Assembly: GCF_000195955.2 (NCBI RefSeq)
Contig: NC_000962.3
Location: 3,690,001-3,722,000 of the forward strand
Origin: Mycobacterium tuberculosis H37Rv
GTDB taxonomy: Bacteria; Actinomycetota; Actinomycetes; Mycobacteriales; Mycobacteriaceae
DNA: 32,000 nt
Direction: 5' to 3'
In this document: positions 31,051 to 32,000 of the stretch, one piece after another
How the letters are laid out: every line of letters begins with the position of its first letter
How positions within the stretch are numbered: the stretch's first letter is position 1
Notes under the pieces: generated by a model
Told to the model about the DNA's origin: nothing
Database searches by the model: none
Seen by the model: only the letters and a program-made list of their open reading frames with translations
Position numbers and translations under genes: made by a program

Positions 31051-31116
31051 TCATAGTGGCGTCGGGCGCCAGGCCTGCGCGGGCACACGCGGTGCGGTGT
31101 CGATGGTTGTTCTCAT
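31051..31116 (-). CDS. Candidate 21-aa mini-ORF (not in the supplied ORF track)
   Basis: MRTTIDTAPRVPAQAWRPTPL* preceded by a strong Shine-Dalgarno (GGAAAGGAG-ttaccag-ATG) on the strand opposite the MerR gene. Confidence 0.3.
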   Translation of the reverse strand: MRTTIDTAPRVPAQAWRPTPL

Positions 31117-31221
31117 CTGGTAACTCCTTTCCGCAGGCCGCAATTCAGCGGTATGGGCTCACCGAGATCAGGCTCGTCACGATCGCCCGCACTGCTGGCG
31201 GCTCACATGTACCCAGTGTTA

Positions 31222-31243
31222 ACCTTCTAGTGCACTAGAAGGT
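31222..31243. promoter_or_regulatory. 22-bp perfect palindrome, probable MerR-family operator
   Basis: ACCTTCTAGTGCACTAGAAGGT, 13 bp upstream of the MerR-family start codon. Confidence 0.8.
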
Positions 31244-31256
31244 CAAGGGGAGTCGC

Positions 31257-31697
31257 ATGAAGATCAGCGAGGTAGCCGCGCTCACCAACACCAGCACCAA
31301 GACCCTCCGCTTCTACGAGAACTCGGGGCTGCTGCCGCCGCCTGCACGCACAGCATCGGGGTATCGCAACTATGGACCCGAGATCGTGGATCGGCTGCGG
31401 TTTATCCATCGGGGCCAAGCGGCCGGGCTGGCATTACAGGAAGTACGCCAAATCCTGGCCATCCACGACCGCGGCGAGGCGCCGTGCGCACACGTCCGCC
31501 AACTACTGAGCACCCGCATCGACGAAGTCCGCGCGCAGATCGCCGAACTGATTGCCCTCGAAGGCCACTTGCAGACCCTGCTTGACCACGCTTCATATGG
31601 CCCGCCCACCGAACACGACCACTCCACGGTGTGTTGGATCCTGGAAAGCGACCTCGATGAGCCCACCGCCATCGAGGTCAGCGACATTCACGCCTAG
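31257..31697 (+). CDS. MerR-family transcriptional regulator (Rv3334)
   Basis: 146 aa, MKISEVAALTNTSTKTLRFYENSGLLPPPARTASGYRNY; Cys in APCAHV and STVCWILE. Confidence 0.93.
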   Translation: MKISEVAALTNTSTKTLRFYENSGLLPPPARTASGYRNYGPEIVDRLRFIHRGQAAGLALQEVRQILAIHDRGEAPCAHVRQLLSTRIDEVRAQIAELIALEGHLQTLLDHASYGPPTEHDHSTVCWILESDLDEPTAIEVSDIHA

Positions 31698-31730
31698 AGG
31701 TCGCTGGGTACGCGGGCTGGCCCACGGGTT

Positions 31731-32000
31731 TTACGCCGAAGCCGTCGCCGCCCACGCGGTGGCGAACAGGATCAGCCACGCGGTGACGAACGCGAACACC
31801 ATCAAGCCCAGCACCGGCCCGAACACCGCGCCCGCCGGGCTGCGCAACACTATCTGCAGGTAGATCGCCCCCACCTGCTTGAACAGCTCGAAGCCGACCG
31901 CCGCCATCAACCCGGCCCGCGCCGCGGTGACCAAACCGACCGGCTCCCGCGGCAGCCGGCCAATCATCCAGGTGAACAGCACCCACGACACCAGCACCGA
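31731..32000 (-). CDS. YihY/BrkB-like membrane protein, C-terminal part (Rv3335c); continues beyond the window
   Basis: Reverse frame ends ...FELFKQVGAIYLQIVLRSPAGAVFGPVLGLMVFAFVTAWLILFATAWAATASA*, open to the window edge. Confidence 0.8.
   Translation of the reverse strand, partial: SVLVSWVLFTWMIGRLPREPVGLVTAARAGLMAAVGFELFKQVGAIYLQIVLRSPAGAVFGPVLGLMVFAFVTAWLILFATAWAATASA

Noticed and set aside
30759-31238. 159-aa plus-strand ORF between Rv3333c and the MerR gene
   Set aside because: Composition is not coding-like, it overlaps the 5' end of Rv3333c, and no family was recognised.

Overview
The 32 kb window matches the Mycobacterium tuberculosis complex chromosome from lpdA (Rv3303c, partial) to a YihY-like gene (Rv3335c, partial). 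Rv numbers and gene symbols come from recalled knowledge of gene order and protein sequence, not from a database search. Content in order: lpdA', a 58-bp tandem repeat (probable VNTR 3690/Mtub39), Rv3304, amiA1/amiB1, deoD, pmmB, upp, sapM, Rv3311, an alpha/beta hydrolase, mtp pilin, add-deoA-cdd, sdhCDAB, vapBC44, a methyltransferase, moaX-moaC3-moaB3 fragment, a full 1355-bp IS6110, an IS1547 transposase/CMD-domain fusion ORF, sigJ, an aminotransferase, dacB1, sugI, nagA, a Pro/Gly-rich secreted protein, a MerR regulator and a YihY-like gene. No tRNA, rRNA, CRISPR, phage or defence island was seen, and I find no convincing new multigene system. The most useful observations are: (1) a 110-bp element with flanking TGATC repeats splitting the sdhA RBS/ATG from the sdhA body, leaving a coupled 37-aa mini-ORF; (2) an IS6110 without target duplication that truncates moaB3 and sits 12 bp before an IS1547-CMD fusion ORF; (3) a probable frameshift at the sugI N-terminus; (4) a 56-aa small ORF upstream of Rv3312c that is not in the ORF track; (5) a 22-bp perfect palindrome before the MerR gene, plus a 21-aa mini-ORF with a strong Shine-Dalgarno on the opposite strand.
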